DNA of 64,000 nucleotides, taken from an uncultured Anaerolineales bacterium. Lineage in GTDB: Bacteria; Planctomycetota; Phycisphaerae; FEN-1346. The notes beneath the pieces were generated by a model. It made no database searches. It was not told the origin of the DNA and saw nothing but the letters and a program-made list of their open reading frames with translations. Below are positions 36,202 to 46,100 of this stretch, in pieces (position 1 is the first letter of the stretch; the number at the start of each line of letters is the position of its first letter). Position numbers and translations under genes: made by a program. The stretch is taken from NCBI GenBank assembly GCA_964397995.1, contig CAYNLG010000007.1:4998-68997 (forward strand), read 5' to 3'.

Positions 36202-38386
36202 CGGCGGCCACGCGCTCGGCGAACGCCGCCGTCTCCTCCCGCGTCTGGCGGACGAAGCTGTTGCCCTCGGCCGACCCGAGGACGGCTTCCATTTCCTCGT
36301 CGGACGCGTAGCACATGCGGCGGAAGTGGCTCTCGAAGTCCTTGCGGCGGCTGTCGAAGGTCTGGTCGCAAATGTACTGCTGGATGCGGACGCCCTCGTC
36401 CAGGGCCGCCTGCCACGCCTCGGCCGTCAGGGCCCCCCCCGCCAGGTCGCGGAGCACCGCCAGCGCGTGCCGCTGCTTCTCGCCGGGATAGGCCTCCCAG
36501 AGGGCGTCGCAGGCGGCGTGGATGTCGTCCCAGGTCTGGAGCGTGCCGGCCTTGATGTCGGCCCGGAGCGTGGTGACGTCGGCGCGGCGGGCCACTTGGC
36601 CGCCCATGTTCACCCACTCCGTGACGCGCTCGCCGTCGAGGGCGGCCTTCATGGCCTCGAACCCCTCGCCGGGGTGGGCCTCCATCCACGCCAGCAGGTT
36701 CCGCACCGCGTAGCAGGTGAGCATGTCGCGGTAGGCCGCGTAGCCGGCGTGAACCTTGAGCACGAGGACCGGCCGGTGCGACTTCTCGACGTCCTCGGCA
36801 ATCACCTCCAGGGCGTCGACGGCGTCGGCGGGGCCCTCGAGCAGGGCGCGGCCGACATCGCGGAGGGCGGCGTCGTCGGCGCCGGCGGGATCCTCGCCGT
36901 CGGCCCGGCGCTTGGCCTGGCCGACCCAGCGCTCCAGCAGCACCATGCCGCGCGTCAGCGCCTCGGCCGTGTCCGGCGCCAGCGACTCGAACTCGACGTT
37001 CTGGACCTTGCGGAGCCGCTTGTCGCGCGAACCGAACTTCCAAGCGTTCCGCGCCAGGGCGTACATGTTGTAGAGCCACCAGTAGCCGGGCAGGAGTTGG
37101 CGGCGGTCGGCGGCCACGTCGGTCGAGAGCAGGCAGAACGGCAGGGGCACGTCCAGCTCGAGGGGGTAGTCGCCCTTGGCGATGAGGCAGAACGGGGCGA
37201 ACCGCGAGTTGTGCTTCAGGCTGACGCACAGGCCCGGCCAGAACCCGCGTCCGGCGTGGATTTCGCCGTCGGGAGCGCGGCTGTTGTGGTTGGAGCCGAT
37301 GGTGGCGCAGGCGGCGATGTTGGACTGGCCGTCGACCTGGGCGGCGATCAGGAACGAGTTGTTGTGGTGCTGTTCGTGGGCCGGGAAGATCAGGTTGTTG
37401 AGCAGTTCACAGCACGAGACGGTCGAGTTGTCGCCGAGGAACGAGTGGATGAGGCGGGCCCCGTACTTCAGGTTCGAGTTCTCGCCGAGGATGAAGCGGA
37501 CGGCCTTGCAGCCGTAGAAGATGTGGCAGCCGTAGCCGATGATGCCGTTGACGAGTTCGACGCCCTCGCCGATCTGCGACGGCTGCTCCGGGCTGGAGTT
37601 GATGGTCAGGTTCTTCAGCTTGTTGGCGCCCTTGATGTAGGCGTTCGGGCCGACCTTGACGTCCTTGATGATGCGGCAGGTCTTGATGACGCACTCGGCG
37701 CCGACGGTCCCGTAGAAGCCGCGCCGCGCGTCGAAGCTCGCCTGGGTCACCTCGCCGAGGCGCCGGACCAGGTCGGGGTCGTCGCGGTGGCGGGCCCAGA
37801 GCCAGGCGTCGCCGGTGGTCATGCCGTCGAAGGGCATGACCTCGCGGCCGCCGGCCTCGTTGACGAGTTCAAGCCAGATGCGGACGTCCTCGGCCTCGCC
37901 CTCCTTGACGATGCCGTTGCCGAACTTCGCGTGGTTCGTGCAGTGCATCTCGTCGATGTTGAGCAGGATGACACGGTCGCCGACGATGTAGTGGGCCAGG
38001 TACCGGACGCTGTGGATGGCCGCATCGTCGCCGATGTCGCAGGCAATGATGCGGCTGCCGGTGAGGCCGACCGGAACGCGGAGGTCGTGGTACTCCAGGT
38101 ACGCCTCGCGGAGGCGGCCGATGCGCACGAGGCCGTAGAACTCGCAATTGCGGACATGGCGGGGGCAGAACTCGTCCGTCACCAGGACCGTGTCCCAGTC
38201 GTCGGCCTCGTTGTCGTTGCGGACGAGGGCCTCGATCTCGTCGGCCCGCAGCCGCCGCCAGTGGTCCGGGGGGTGCGGCGACTGCTCGTTGCGGAGGTAG
38301 TATTCGTCGCGGCCCTCGGGCAGGTACGGGCCCTCGATGAAGTTGCGGCCCAGGGAGCCGCTCGGCACCACGCTCAGTTCGCTCAT
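36185..38386 (-). CDS. DUF4954-like protein: left-handed beta-helix (hexapeptide-repeat) core plus a ~280-aa helical C-terminal domain
   Basis: Track ORF 36185..39067 trimmed to the ATG at 38384-38386 (MSELSVVPSG). LRADEIEALVRNDNEADDWDTVLV N-terminus. Hexapeptide-like run IGYGCHIFYGCKAVRFILGENSNLKYGARLIHSFLGDNSTV. The DUF4954 assignment is from memory. Confidence 0.72.
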   Translation of the reverse strand: MSELSVVPSGSLGRNFIEGPYLPEGRDEYYLRNEQSPHPPDHWRRLRADEIEALVRNDNEADDWDTVLVTDEFCPRHVRNCEFYGLVRIGRLREAYLEYHDLRVPVGLTGSRIIACDIGDDAAIHSVRYLAHYIVGDRVILLNIDEMHCTNHAKFGNGIVKEGEAEDVRIWLELVNEAGGREVMPFDGMTTGDAWLWARHRDDPDLVRRLGEVTQASFDARRGFYGTVGAECVIKTCRIIKDVKVGPNAYIKGANKLKNLTINSSPEQPSQIGEGVELVNGIIGYGCHIFYGCKAVRFILGENSNLKYGARLIHSFLGDNSTVSCCELLNNLIFPAHEQHHNNSFLIAAQVDGQSNIAACATIGSNHNSRAPDGEIHAGRGFWPGLCVSLKHNSRFAPFCLIAKGDYPLELDVPLPFCLLSTDVAADRRQLLPGYWWLYNMYALARNAWKFGSRDKRLRKVQNVEFESLAPDTAEALTRGMVLLERWVGQAKRRADGEDPAGADDAALRDVGRALLEGPADAVDALEVIAEDVEKSHRPVLVLKVHAGYAAYRDMLTCYAVRNLLAWMEAHPGEGFEAMKAALDGERVTEWVNMGGQVARRADVTTLRADIKAGTLQTWDDIHAACDALWEAYPGEKQRHALAVLRDLAGGALTAEAWQAALDEGVRIQQYICDQTFDSRRKDFESHFRRMCYASDEEMEAVLGSAEGNSFVRQTREETAAFAERVAAVKARG

Positions 38387-38475
38387 CGGTCGCGTCCTCG
38401 GTTGGGGCTCGGGCGAGGGGGGGCGCGGCAGGCGCGCCGCCTCAGGCCGCCCCTGCCGCCCCCCCGCCACGCATC

Positions 38476-39246
38476 TTACGACGCCTTGGCCTGCTGTATC
38501 CAGCGGTAGTAGTCGGTCATCGTCAGGTCGGCCGCCGACGCCTCGTCGCAGAAGACCCGCGTGTCCGGGTGATACTGCAGGGCGCTGGCGGTGATCATGC
38601 AGGTGACGGGCCCTTCGAGCATGGCCGCCAGCGCCGGCGCCTTGTTGGCCCCGTTGACGACCATCACGCAGGTCCGGGCTTCCATGATGGAGGCGACGCC
38701 CATGCTGATGGCGTGGCGCGGCACGTCCTCGGCCTTCTCGAAGAAGCGGCTGTTGTCGTCGATGGTCTGCTCGGTCAGGGTCACCAGGTGAGTCCGCGAC
38801 CCGAGGCTCGTGCCGGGCTCGTTGAAGGCGATGTGGCCGTCGGAGCCGATGCCGAGGACCTGGACGTCGATGCCGCCCGCGTCGGCGATGGCCTTCTCGT
38901 ACTCGCGGCAGAAGGCGGCGGGGTCGGCGGCCGTGCCGGAGGGCACGTGAACGCGGTCTTCGGGCACGTTGATGGCGCCAAACAGGTTCTCGTGCATGAA
39001 CGCCCAGTAGCTCTGCGGATGGGCGTGGTCGAGGCCCACGTACTCGTCCAGGTTGAACGTCGTGCACCCGGAGAAGTCGAGGCCCTCCTCGCGGTGCAGG
39101 CGGATCAACTCCTGGTAGAGCCCCACCGGGCTGGAGCCGGTAGCAAAGCCGAGGACGGCGTTCGGCTTGGCCCTGACGACGTCGGCGACGACGGCGGCCG
39201 CCTTCGCGCTGAGTTCCTCATACGACGAACAGATTGCCACATCCAT
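38476..39246 (-). CDS. nagB: glucosamine-6-phosphate deaminase
   Basis: ATG is preceded by AGGAG. GFATGSSPVGLY, FNLDEYVGL, LGIGSDGHIAFNEPG. The length of 256 aa is typical. Confidence 0.92.
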   Translation of the reverse strand: MDVAICSSYEELSAKAAAVVADVVRAKPNAVLGFATGSSPVGLYQELIRLHREEGLDFSGCTTFNLDEYVGLDHAHPQSYWAFMHENLFGAINVPEDRVHVPSGTAADPAAFCREYEKAIADAGGIDVQVLGIGSDGHIAFNEPGTSLGSRTHLVTLTEQTIDDNSRFFEKAEDVPRHAISMGVASIMEARTCVMVVNGANKAPALAAMLEGPVTCMITASALQYHPDTRVFCDEASAADLTMTDYYRWIQQAKAS

Positions 39247-39440
39247 GTCGTGTCTCCTCTTGCGTGACCAGAACCGCGTGCGACATGCACTCCCGCCCGG
39301 GCCGACGCGGCCGCGGGACCGGGAACCGGGGCCTCGATGCTAGACCCGCTTCAAGAGGTGTGGCAAGCTTTTTCGAGGCGGTTGCGGCACAGCGTGCCGC
39401 CAGGCGACGCGCCCATGCGGCACCGGCGCCCGCAGCGCGC

Positions 39441-39468
39441 AAAAAGGTGGCCGCCGGGCGGCACTCGC
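39441..39468 (-). terminator. possible intrinsic terminator after the ABC ATPase gene
   Basis: The minus strand reads GTGCCG-CCCGG-CGG(C)CAC followed by CTTTTT, 6-10 nt after the stop at 39474. The stem is short and bulged. Confidence 0.3.
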
Positions 39469-39473
39469 GCCCG

Positions 39474-40355
39474 TCACGCCGTCCGGATGCCGCCCACCGA
39501 GATGGCCAGCTCGCCCCGGGCCTTGATGTCGGTGATCCGCCCGTCGGTCAGGTAGACGACGCGGTCGGAGGCGGCCAGCATCTTGTGGTCGTGGGTCGCG
39601 GTGATGATCGTGACGTGCATCTCGGCCTTCAGGTGCTCCAGCAGGGCGATGATCTCTTCGCCGGTCTTCAGGTCCAGGTTCCCGGTCGGCTCGTCCGCCA
39701 GGACGATGGCCGGGTCGTTCGCCAGGGCCCGGGCCACCGCGACGCGCTGCTGCTGCCCGCCGGAGAGTTGGACCGGCCGGTGCAGGATCCGGTCGCCCAG
39801 GCCGACGGTCTCAAGCAGGTCGGCGGCCTTGTGCTGGGCGTCGGCCTGGGTCACCCCGGCCAGGAGCATCGGCATCATCACGTTCTCCAGGGCCGACGCC
39901 ACGGGGATCAGGTTGAACGTCTGGAAGATGTAGCCGATCTTGTGGCACCGGAGCCAGGCGAGCTCGAAGGTGTCGAGGGCGGCGATGTCGACCTCGTCGA
40001 TGAAGACGCGGCCGGTGTCAGGCTTGTCGAGGCCGCCGATCATGTTGAAGAAGGTCGATTTGCCGGACCCGCTGGGGCCCATGATCGACACGTACTCGCC
40101 GCGCCGCACCGTCAGCGACACACCGGCCAGGGCGTGGACCTCCTCCTCGCCCATGCGGTAGACCTTGCGGACGTCGACCGCCCGCACCACGTGGGCCGCC
40201 AACAGCGCTTCGGCGGCCGCCCGGTCGTCGGCGTCGTGCGGGCTCTCGCCCGGGCCGAAGGGCGGCGCGGGGACGTCGCCGACCGGGTGGGCGGCGGGTT
40301 CGTCGGGGAGCGCCCGCGGCTCGGGCGTTTCGCGTCGGGCGTCGGCGTCCGTCAC
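39474..40355 (-). CDS. ABC transporter ATP-binding protein (MacB/LolD/FtsE type) with a ~55-aa acidic/Pro-rich N-terminal extension
   Basis: GTG at 40353-40355 is preceded by GGAAGGA. Walker A GPSGSGKST, signature LSGGQQQRV, Walker B IVLADEPTGNLD, H-loop ATHD. Confidence 0.9.
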   Translation of the reverse strand: MTDADARRETPEPRALPDEPAAHPVGDVPAPPFGPGESPHDADDRAAAEALLAAHVVRAVDVRKVYRMGEEEVHALAGVSLTVRRGEYVSIMGPSGSGKSTFFNMIGGLDKPDTGRVFIDEVDIAALDTFELAWLRCHKIGYIFQTFNLIPVASALENVMMPMLLAGVTQADAQHKAADLLETVGLGDRILHRPVQLSGGQQQRVAVARALANDPAIVLADEPTGNLDLKTGEEIIALLEHLKAEMHVTIITATHDHKMLAASDRVVYLTDGRITDIKARGELAISVGGIRTA

Positions 40356-40392
40356 AGCGTGTCCTTCCGCGTCGTCTTTCCGAGGGGGGAGG

Positions 40393-41124
40393 TCAGACTT
40401 CCGTGCGCAGAGCGTCGATGGGCAGCATCCGGGCCGCCCGCCACGCCGGGTACAGGGCGCTCGCGAGCGTCAGGCCCACGCCGACGACCACGGCCACGCC
40501 CACGAGCCTCGCCAGCCCGCCCCACGGGGCGTAGGCCCAGGCGGCCTCGCCGTAGAGGGCCCCGCCCTCGACAAAGGCCAGGGCGAGGCCGATGGCGACG
40601 CCGGCGGCGGTACCGAGGAGGCCCTGGAAGAGCGTCTCCAGGAGGAACAGCTCGATGATGAGCGAGTCGAGGGCCCCGAGGCACTTCATGGTGCCGATCT
40701 CGCCGTAGCGCTCCGTCACGCTCATGAGCATGGCGTTGAGGATGCCGACGAAGCTGACCATGAGGGCGAGGCCCACGAGCCACCACGTCTGGGCCCGGGC
40801 CTCGGCGTCGTCGAGGGCGGCAAGGACCCCCTTCCGCTGGAGCGTCTCCAGGAGCCGCTGGGGACCCTCGTCGGCGACGCTCCGCATCAGGGCGTCGCTG
40901 GCGAGGATGTACGTCAGGAACGCCAGGGCCAGCACGATGCCGCTGGTGACGAGCAACGACCGGCCGAGGCGGACGCGGATGCTCCGCCAGGCGATGCCGA
41001 CGGCCTTCGCGAGCGGCAGCTTGATGGCGCGGCGGATTTCGGCGTGGCTCGGGCCGCGCGCACCGTCCCCGGCCGCGCTGCCCGAGTGACCCGTGCTGGC
41101 CGTGTGGCGATCCATTCCGCGCAT
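40393..41124 (-). CDS. small FtsX-family permease (4 TM, minimal periplasmic loop)
   Basis: ATG at 41122-41124, 1 nt after the upstream stop (alternative ATG at 41115). TM1 follows AWRSIRVRLGRSLLVTSGIVLALAFL. The FtsX core is NAMLMSVTERYGEIGTMKCLGA...LYPAWRAARMLPIDALR. Confidence 0.8.
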   Translation of the reverse strand: MRGMDRHTASTGHSGSAAGDGARGPSHAEIRRAIKLPLAKAVGIAWRSIRVRLGRSLLVTSGIVLALAFLTYILASDALMRSVADEGPQRLLETLQRKGVLAALDDAEARAQTWWLVGLALMVSFVGILNAMLMSVTERYGEIGTMKCLGALDSLIIELFLLETLFQGLLGTAAGVAIGLALAFVEGGALYGEAAWAYAPWGGLARLVGVAVVVGVGLTLASALYPAWRAARMLPIDALRTEV

Positions 41125-41125
41125 C

Positions 41126-43126
41126 CTAGACCGGAAGCTTGATGACGCTCTTGCTCATGAAGACGATACCGAGGCTGAACATGGTCGCGAGGCCCACCCC
41201 CGCGGTGAACCCGGCGGCAAAGACGACGCGGACCTTCGGCCAGCGGTCGCCGAACCGCTTGCGCATGACGTAGCGCCCGATGAGGGCCCCGATGAACATC
41301 GGCACGATGGCGTGCGGGGCCGACTGGTCGAGACCCCGGATGACGCCGTACACCAGGAACACCGGCAGCCCGAACCGGCTGAGGAAGATGTAGGTGCCGA
41401 CGGCCAGAACGAACCCGAGGGTCAGGAACTCGGGCCGGAACGCCTCGTGGAACGGGCTGAACTCCTCGCCGGGCAGCGTGGCCGAGTACATGAGGCCGTG
41501 GTTGAAGGCCCGGAGCTCCCAGAACTTGTTCGCGTACGGGAACAGTTCGCTCGGGACCGAATCGATGGACCAGATGAACTGGCTGAAGAGGATGCGGCCG
41601 ACGATCATGATGGGGAAGATGAGGAGTTCGGCCTTGATGAGGCCCGTGAAGCGGGTGCCCGTCAGCTCCGTGGTCCGGAAGAACTGGGCCTGCTGGGCGT
41701 AGTTGTGGAGCGGGATCGGCGCGAACCAGATGGCCGCCCCCTTGTACCCGGAGAGGATGAACATGGCTTCGCGGATGAAGGGGACCTGGACCTGGCGGCC
41801 GACGATGCCCTCCATGCGGGTCGAGACGTAGTTGATGAAGGGCGTGTAGACGAAGCCGAAGAAGACGAGGATCCACAGGGGGAACTCGTGGCCCGGGACG
41901 GTGGGGGCGGCGTGGTTGACCAGGACATAGCTGACGGCGATGTAGATGAGGGTGGAGACCACGTAGATGCCGATGCCGACCCAGATGCTGAAGTCGCCGC
42001 GCGCCTTGTCCGGGCGCCAGAGGCGGCTCCAGTCGACCTGGGGGGCGTCGTCGCCCCCGGTCTTGCTGCGGCGGAGCTTGGCGACGACGTGCCAGATGCC
42101 GATGGCCGCCACCGCCAGCGCCAGGCCCAGCCCGAACGAGAAGTAGAAGTCCATCGTGTTCGACTGGATGGTTTTGATGCCTCCGATGCCGCGCTCCCAG
42201 TTGTCGAGCAGCCCGACATGGTACAGGACGGGGTTGGCCACCATCGTGATGAGGACGCCGATGAAGGCCCCGGCCATCGCCCAGAACGGCAGGACCATGC
42301 CGATGACCACGAACGTGAGGTCGAAGCTGATCATGACGGCGAAGGCCGGCAGCGCCGTGTCGGTGTACTCGGTCAGGTCGACGAAGGGGATGGGCAGGAT
42401 GTTCAGGCCCTCGCCGAACAGGGCGCTCGTGATGTTGGGCAGCGCCAGGTAGATCGCGCCGAAGACGGCCCCGGCCATCGCCCCGATGCTGAAGGTCCGC
42501 CACCGCCAGGTGTCCTTGCGGCTGGAGGCGTCGGCCAGGGCGGTGGTGCCCATGGCGTTGACGGGGGCCATCGGGAACGGGAGCTGCTCGACGTCGCTGG
42601 TCAGGCGAAAGAGGACGTACCCCAGGCCGAAGTGATTGAGGCGGCTGAGGGCGAGCGTCAGCAGGCTCAGGCCCACGGGCACCAGCCAGGCCCGCACGAG
42701 GAAGCTCCGCTGGGCCAGGACCGCCGGGTCGGACGGGGCGAACCACTCGGGGATGTGGTCGGTGATGCCGAGCTTGCGCATCTCCTCGCTCTGGACGATG
42801 AACTGCTGCCAGAGCAGCCCGCCGCCGAACCCCCCGAGGCCGGCGTGGACCACCGCCCCGCACATGTAGAAGAGCACGAAAATCTCGGGCCGGTTCAGCT
42901 GCTTGAACGCCCGCCGCGCCACCTCGACGTAGAGGATGACCGTCACCCACTGGGCCGCCGGGCCCATCTCGATGCCCGCCACGAGCTGCATGTACATCTG
43001 CGCGGGGGTCATCAGGAGGCCCACGAACAGGGCCATGACGACGGTCCCCCAGCCGAACCCCTCGTGGTACGTCTCGGGGGGCTCGACGAGGTTTCGGAAT
43101 TCCTGGAGTTCTTTGTCTTCTTTCAC
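41126..43126 (-). CDS. polytopic membrane protein, 666 aa, about 14 predicted TM, distantly OPT-like (possibly DUF6784/6785-type)
   Basis: GTG start (MKEDKELQEF). Hydrophobic segments run throughout. A LPFPMAPVNAMG stretch recalls the OPT-family LPFP-x-G-x-A motif. The family call is tentative and from memory. Confidence 0.78.
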   Translation of the reverse strand: MKEDKELQEFRNLVEPPETYHEGFGWGTVVMALFVGLLMTPAQMYMQLVAGIEMGPAAQWVTVILYVEVARRAFKQLNRPEIFVLFYMCGAVVHAGLGGFGGGLLWQQFIVQSEEMRKLGITDHIPEWFAPSDPAVLAQRSFLVRAWLVPVGLSLLTLALSRLNHFGLGYVLFRLTSDVEQLPFPMAPVNAMGTTALADASSRKDTWRWRTFSIGAMAGAVFGAIYLALPNITSALFGEGLNILPIPFVDLTEYTDTALPAFAVMISFDLTFVVIGMVLPFWAMAGAFIGVLITMVANPVLYHVGLLDNWERGIGGIKTIQSNTMDFYFSFGLGLALAVAAIGIWHVVAKLRRSKTGGDDAPQVDWSRLWRPDKARGDFSIWVGIGIYVVSTLIYIAVSYVLVNHAAPTVPGHEFPLWILVFFGFVYTPFINYVSTRMEGIVGRQVQVPFIREAMFILSGYKGAAIWFAPIPLHNYAQQAQFFRTTELTGTRFTGLIKAELLIFPIMIVGRILFSQFIWSIDSVPSELFPYANKFWELRAFNHGLMYSATLPGEEFSPFHEAFRPEFLTLGFVLAVGTYIFLSRFGLPVFLVYGVIRGLDQSAPHAIVPMFIGALIGRYVMRKRFGDRWPKVRVVFAAGFTAGVGLATMFSLGIVFMSKSVIKLPV

Positions 43127-43151
43127 GGTTCGGCCCGTGGTGCGCCGCCGC

Positions 43152-46100
43152 TCAGGCGGCCGGCGCGGGTCCCATCAGGTCCTTCGCGTCGCGAATATAG
43201 TCGAGGACGCGCTCCATCTTGAGCTGGCGCCAGCCCAACAGCTGCCGCCGCAGGTCCCCGAGGAAGACGCGGTTGAGCTTCCACCAGGACCGTTCCTGGC
43301 CGGATTCGCGGGTGAGGTCCACGTCGATTTCGTAGACGGCCTCGTCCTCGGTCGGGCGGATGACGAGGCGCAGCGTCTGGCGGACGCCCAGGTCGTACGG
43401 GGCCAGCCAGAGGGTCGCCTCCAGGCCCAGCGCGCCGGCCTCGGGCGGCAGCGGGCGCGCGTGGGCGGCCGTGAACGACCCGATGCTGCCCTCGCGGTGG
43501 GCGTCCAGGTACTCCAGCAGGAACGCCAGCACCCCGCCCGCCGTCTGGCCCGTCACGGTGAACGGGAGCGTGTCACGGATGCGGCCGTCCTCGGGCCGCG
43601 GGACGCGCCAGGTCATGCGGTTCGAGGGCACCGCCAGGCGCCCCGCGAGCACCGCCGGCACGAGCGACGACAGGACCACGATCCCGAGGACCATGAGCAT
43701 GACGGCCACGGCCTGGGTGCCGGAGTAGTTGAGCGTGATGCCGCCCAGCCACCCGAGCGACGCCAGGGCCGTCGCGACGCCCTGGCCGACGACGTAGCCG
43801 AAGACGGCGCCCATGAGGCCGTAGGTGGCGGCCTCGGCCAGGAAAAGGGCCCCGACATGGAGCGGCGCCAGGCCCAAGCTCGTGTAAATGTAGATTTCCT
43901 TCTTGCGCTCGGCGATCGAGCTCAGCATCGTGTTGAAGATGATCAGGCCCGCGATCACCAGCGGGATCAGCAGGCTCTTGGGGGCCTGCGGCAGAAGGGG
44001 CGTCGTGACGACCACGCCCGCCCCGGCCTCGGGCGAGCCGAAGTAGATCGGGAACGCCAGCCGCTCCGCCAGGGCGTCGGCCACCGCGTGGGCATCCTCG
44101 CCGTCGGCCGCCCCGACGACGATGCTTCGCACCGTCGTGTACTTGAGCGGGCGCAGCAACTCCGCCGGCGCGACGAGGAGCTGATTGCCCGGGACGGGCG
44201 GCAACGGCACCTCCGGCTCCAGGCCCTGGAGCTCCGACTCCAGCAGCGAGACGTCCTGCTTCGCGAGTTGCTGGCGCATCTCCTCGCCGAGGGCGGAGTA
44301 GTCGACCGGCGCGAGCGGCTCGCCGTCCAGGTCCTTCGCCTCGCGGTCGAACCGGCCCGCGTCGAACAGGCCCACCACCTCCAGCGGCCGCCCCGCCGCC
44401 ACCACCGTGTCCCCCGGGCCGACCCCGAGCGCTTCGCCGACCGACTCGGCCAGGTAGCAGCCGGCGGTATGCGGCAGACGGTCGGCGAGCTCGGCGAAGC
44501 GGTCCCAGTTCGGCAGCCAGCGGCCGACGCCCGTGATGGCGTCCTCTTCCGGCGCCAGGCCCAGCCCCGCCAGGAGGGAGACTTGGCGCCCGGTGGCGGG
44601 GTTGCGGACGTGGACCCGCCAGTCGCTCTTGTTCGGCCGCGTCCACCAGGCGCGGACGGCCTGGGGGCGGCCGGCGTCGAGCGCCGCCTCCAGCAGCCGG
44701 TCGGCGGCCCCCTCCAGCTTGCGCCGCCCCGGCTGCCGCACCAGCACCCCCGTGTACGGCGCGGGCGTGTCCAGGGTGCGGCGCCGGCGGCCGACGTAGC
44801 TTGAGGACGAGACGAAGCAGAGCAGCGCGAACGTCACGAGCACGACCGTCAGGCCCGTCAGGCCCGTCCGCAGCTTCCGTTTCCGCATGTTCGCGATGCC
44901 CAGCCGCAGCGCCGTCACCAGGACGCCGAACCGGCTCGTGCGGGCGCCGCTGGCCTCGGCCCGCCCCGTCCGCGCCTCCTCCAGGCCCACCTCAAACTTG
45001 CCGTACACCACCGAGAGCACCAGCAGGCTCATGAAGATGATCGCGAACGCCATCACGATCATCAGCGGCTGCCCGCTGATCCGGAACGCCGGGTGGAAGC
45101 TCCAGAGCAGCGCCGTCATCACCGCGAAGATCAGGAGCATCCCGGCGATCTGGCGGTAGATGTGCGGCGTGGCGATCAGGAGCCGCTCCATCGCGAACGA
45201 GAACGGCACCAGCGCCAACAGCAGCAGGATCGCCCCGCGGATCACGTCGTTCGCCATGTCGCGCACCGACTGGTACGCGCGAATCTCGTTGGACAGCGCG
45301 CCGGAGGCGGCGGCGTAGAGGGCGCGGCCGTCGTCGGCCCGGCCGGCCGCCTCGGCCTCCTCCAGCAGCCCGCCCGTCCGCGCGTGCAGCGCGTCGATCG
45401 CCTCGCTCGTCACCCCCGCCCGCGCGTAGGTCGACAGCCGCCGCCGGTCCAGACGGTACAGGTCCCGGGCCGCCTGGTGGGCGGGATGGCGCGGCAGGCC
45501 GCCGCCGGCGGGGAACCCCGGCATCAGGCCGCGCGTCGACACCGACGGGTGCGCCGCCGGGTCCAGCGTGTTCAGGAACGAGGTGCTGTTGCGGCCGGCG
45601 GCCACCTGGAGGATGAGCGTCCAGTGGAGGCCGTGCTCCGTCAGGGCCGCCATCTGCCCCTCGTAGAGCGCCAGCTGGATGCGCCGCGGCGGGCTGCCGC
45701 TCCGGGCGTCCAGCATCTGGCCCCGTCTCAACGCCGCCAGGAACCGCGGGTCGCGCAGGCCCGAGAGCGCCGTCTCCGTACACGTGAAGACCACGCCCCG
45801 GAGCGGCGTCGGGTTCCGGTCCGACGGGTTCAGCGCCAGGGTCGTCCCGCGCTCGACGCGCAACAGGTCGATCGCCCGGATCAGCCGCCCGTCCTCGGCC
45901 ATCTGGTACGCCAGCAGCAGCCGCTTCGTGTGCTGGTCACGCTCGTTCTTGTGGGTGCCGAACCGCTCGGGCAGCAGGTCGAAGTAGGCGGCCCCGTCGG
46001 CCCCGGTCCGCACCGCCTCCCAGCGGCGCAGCCCGAGTGTCTTGGCGGGGTAGGTGGGCAGGAAGCGCGGCCCCTGGATGTGGCCCGGGGCCAGCACCGC

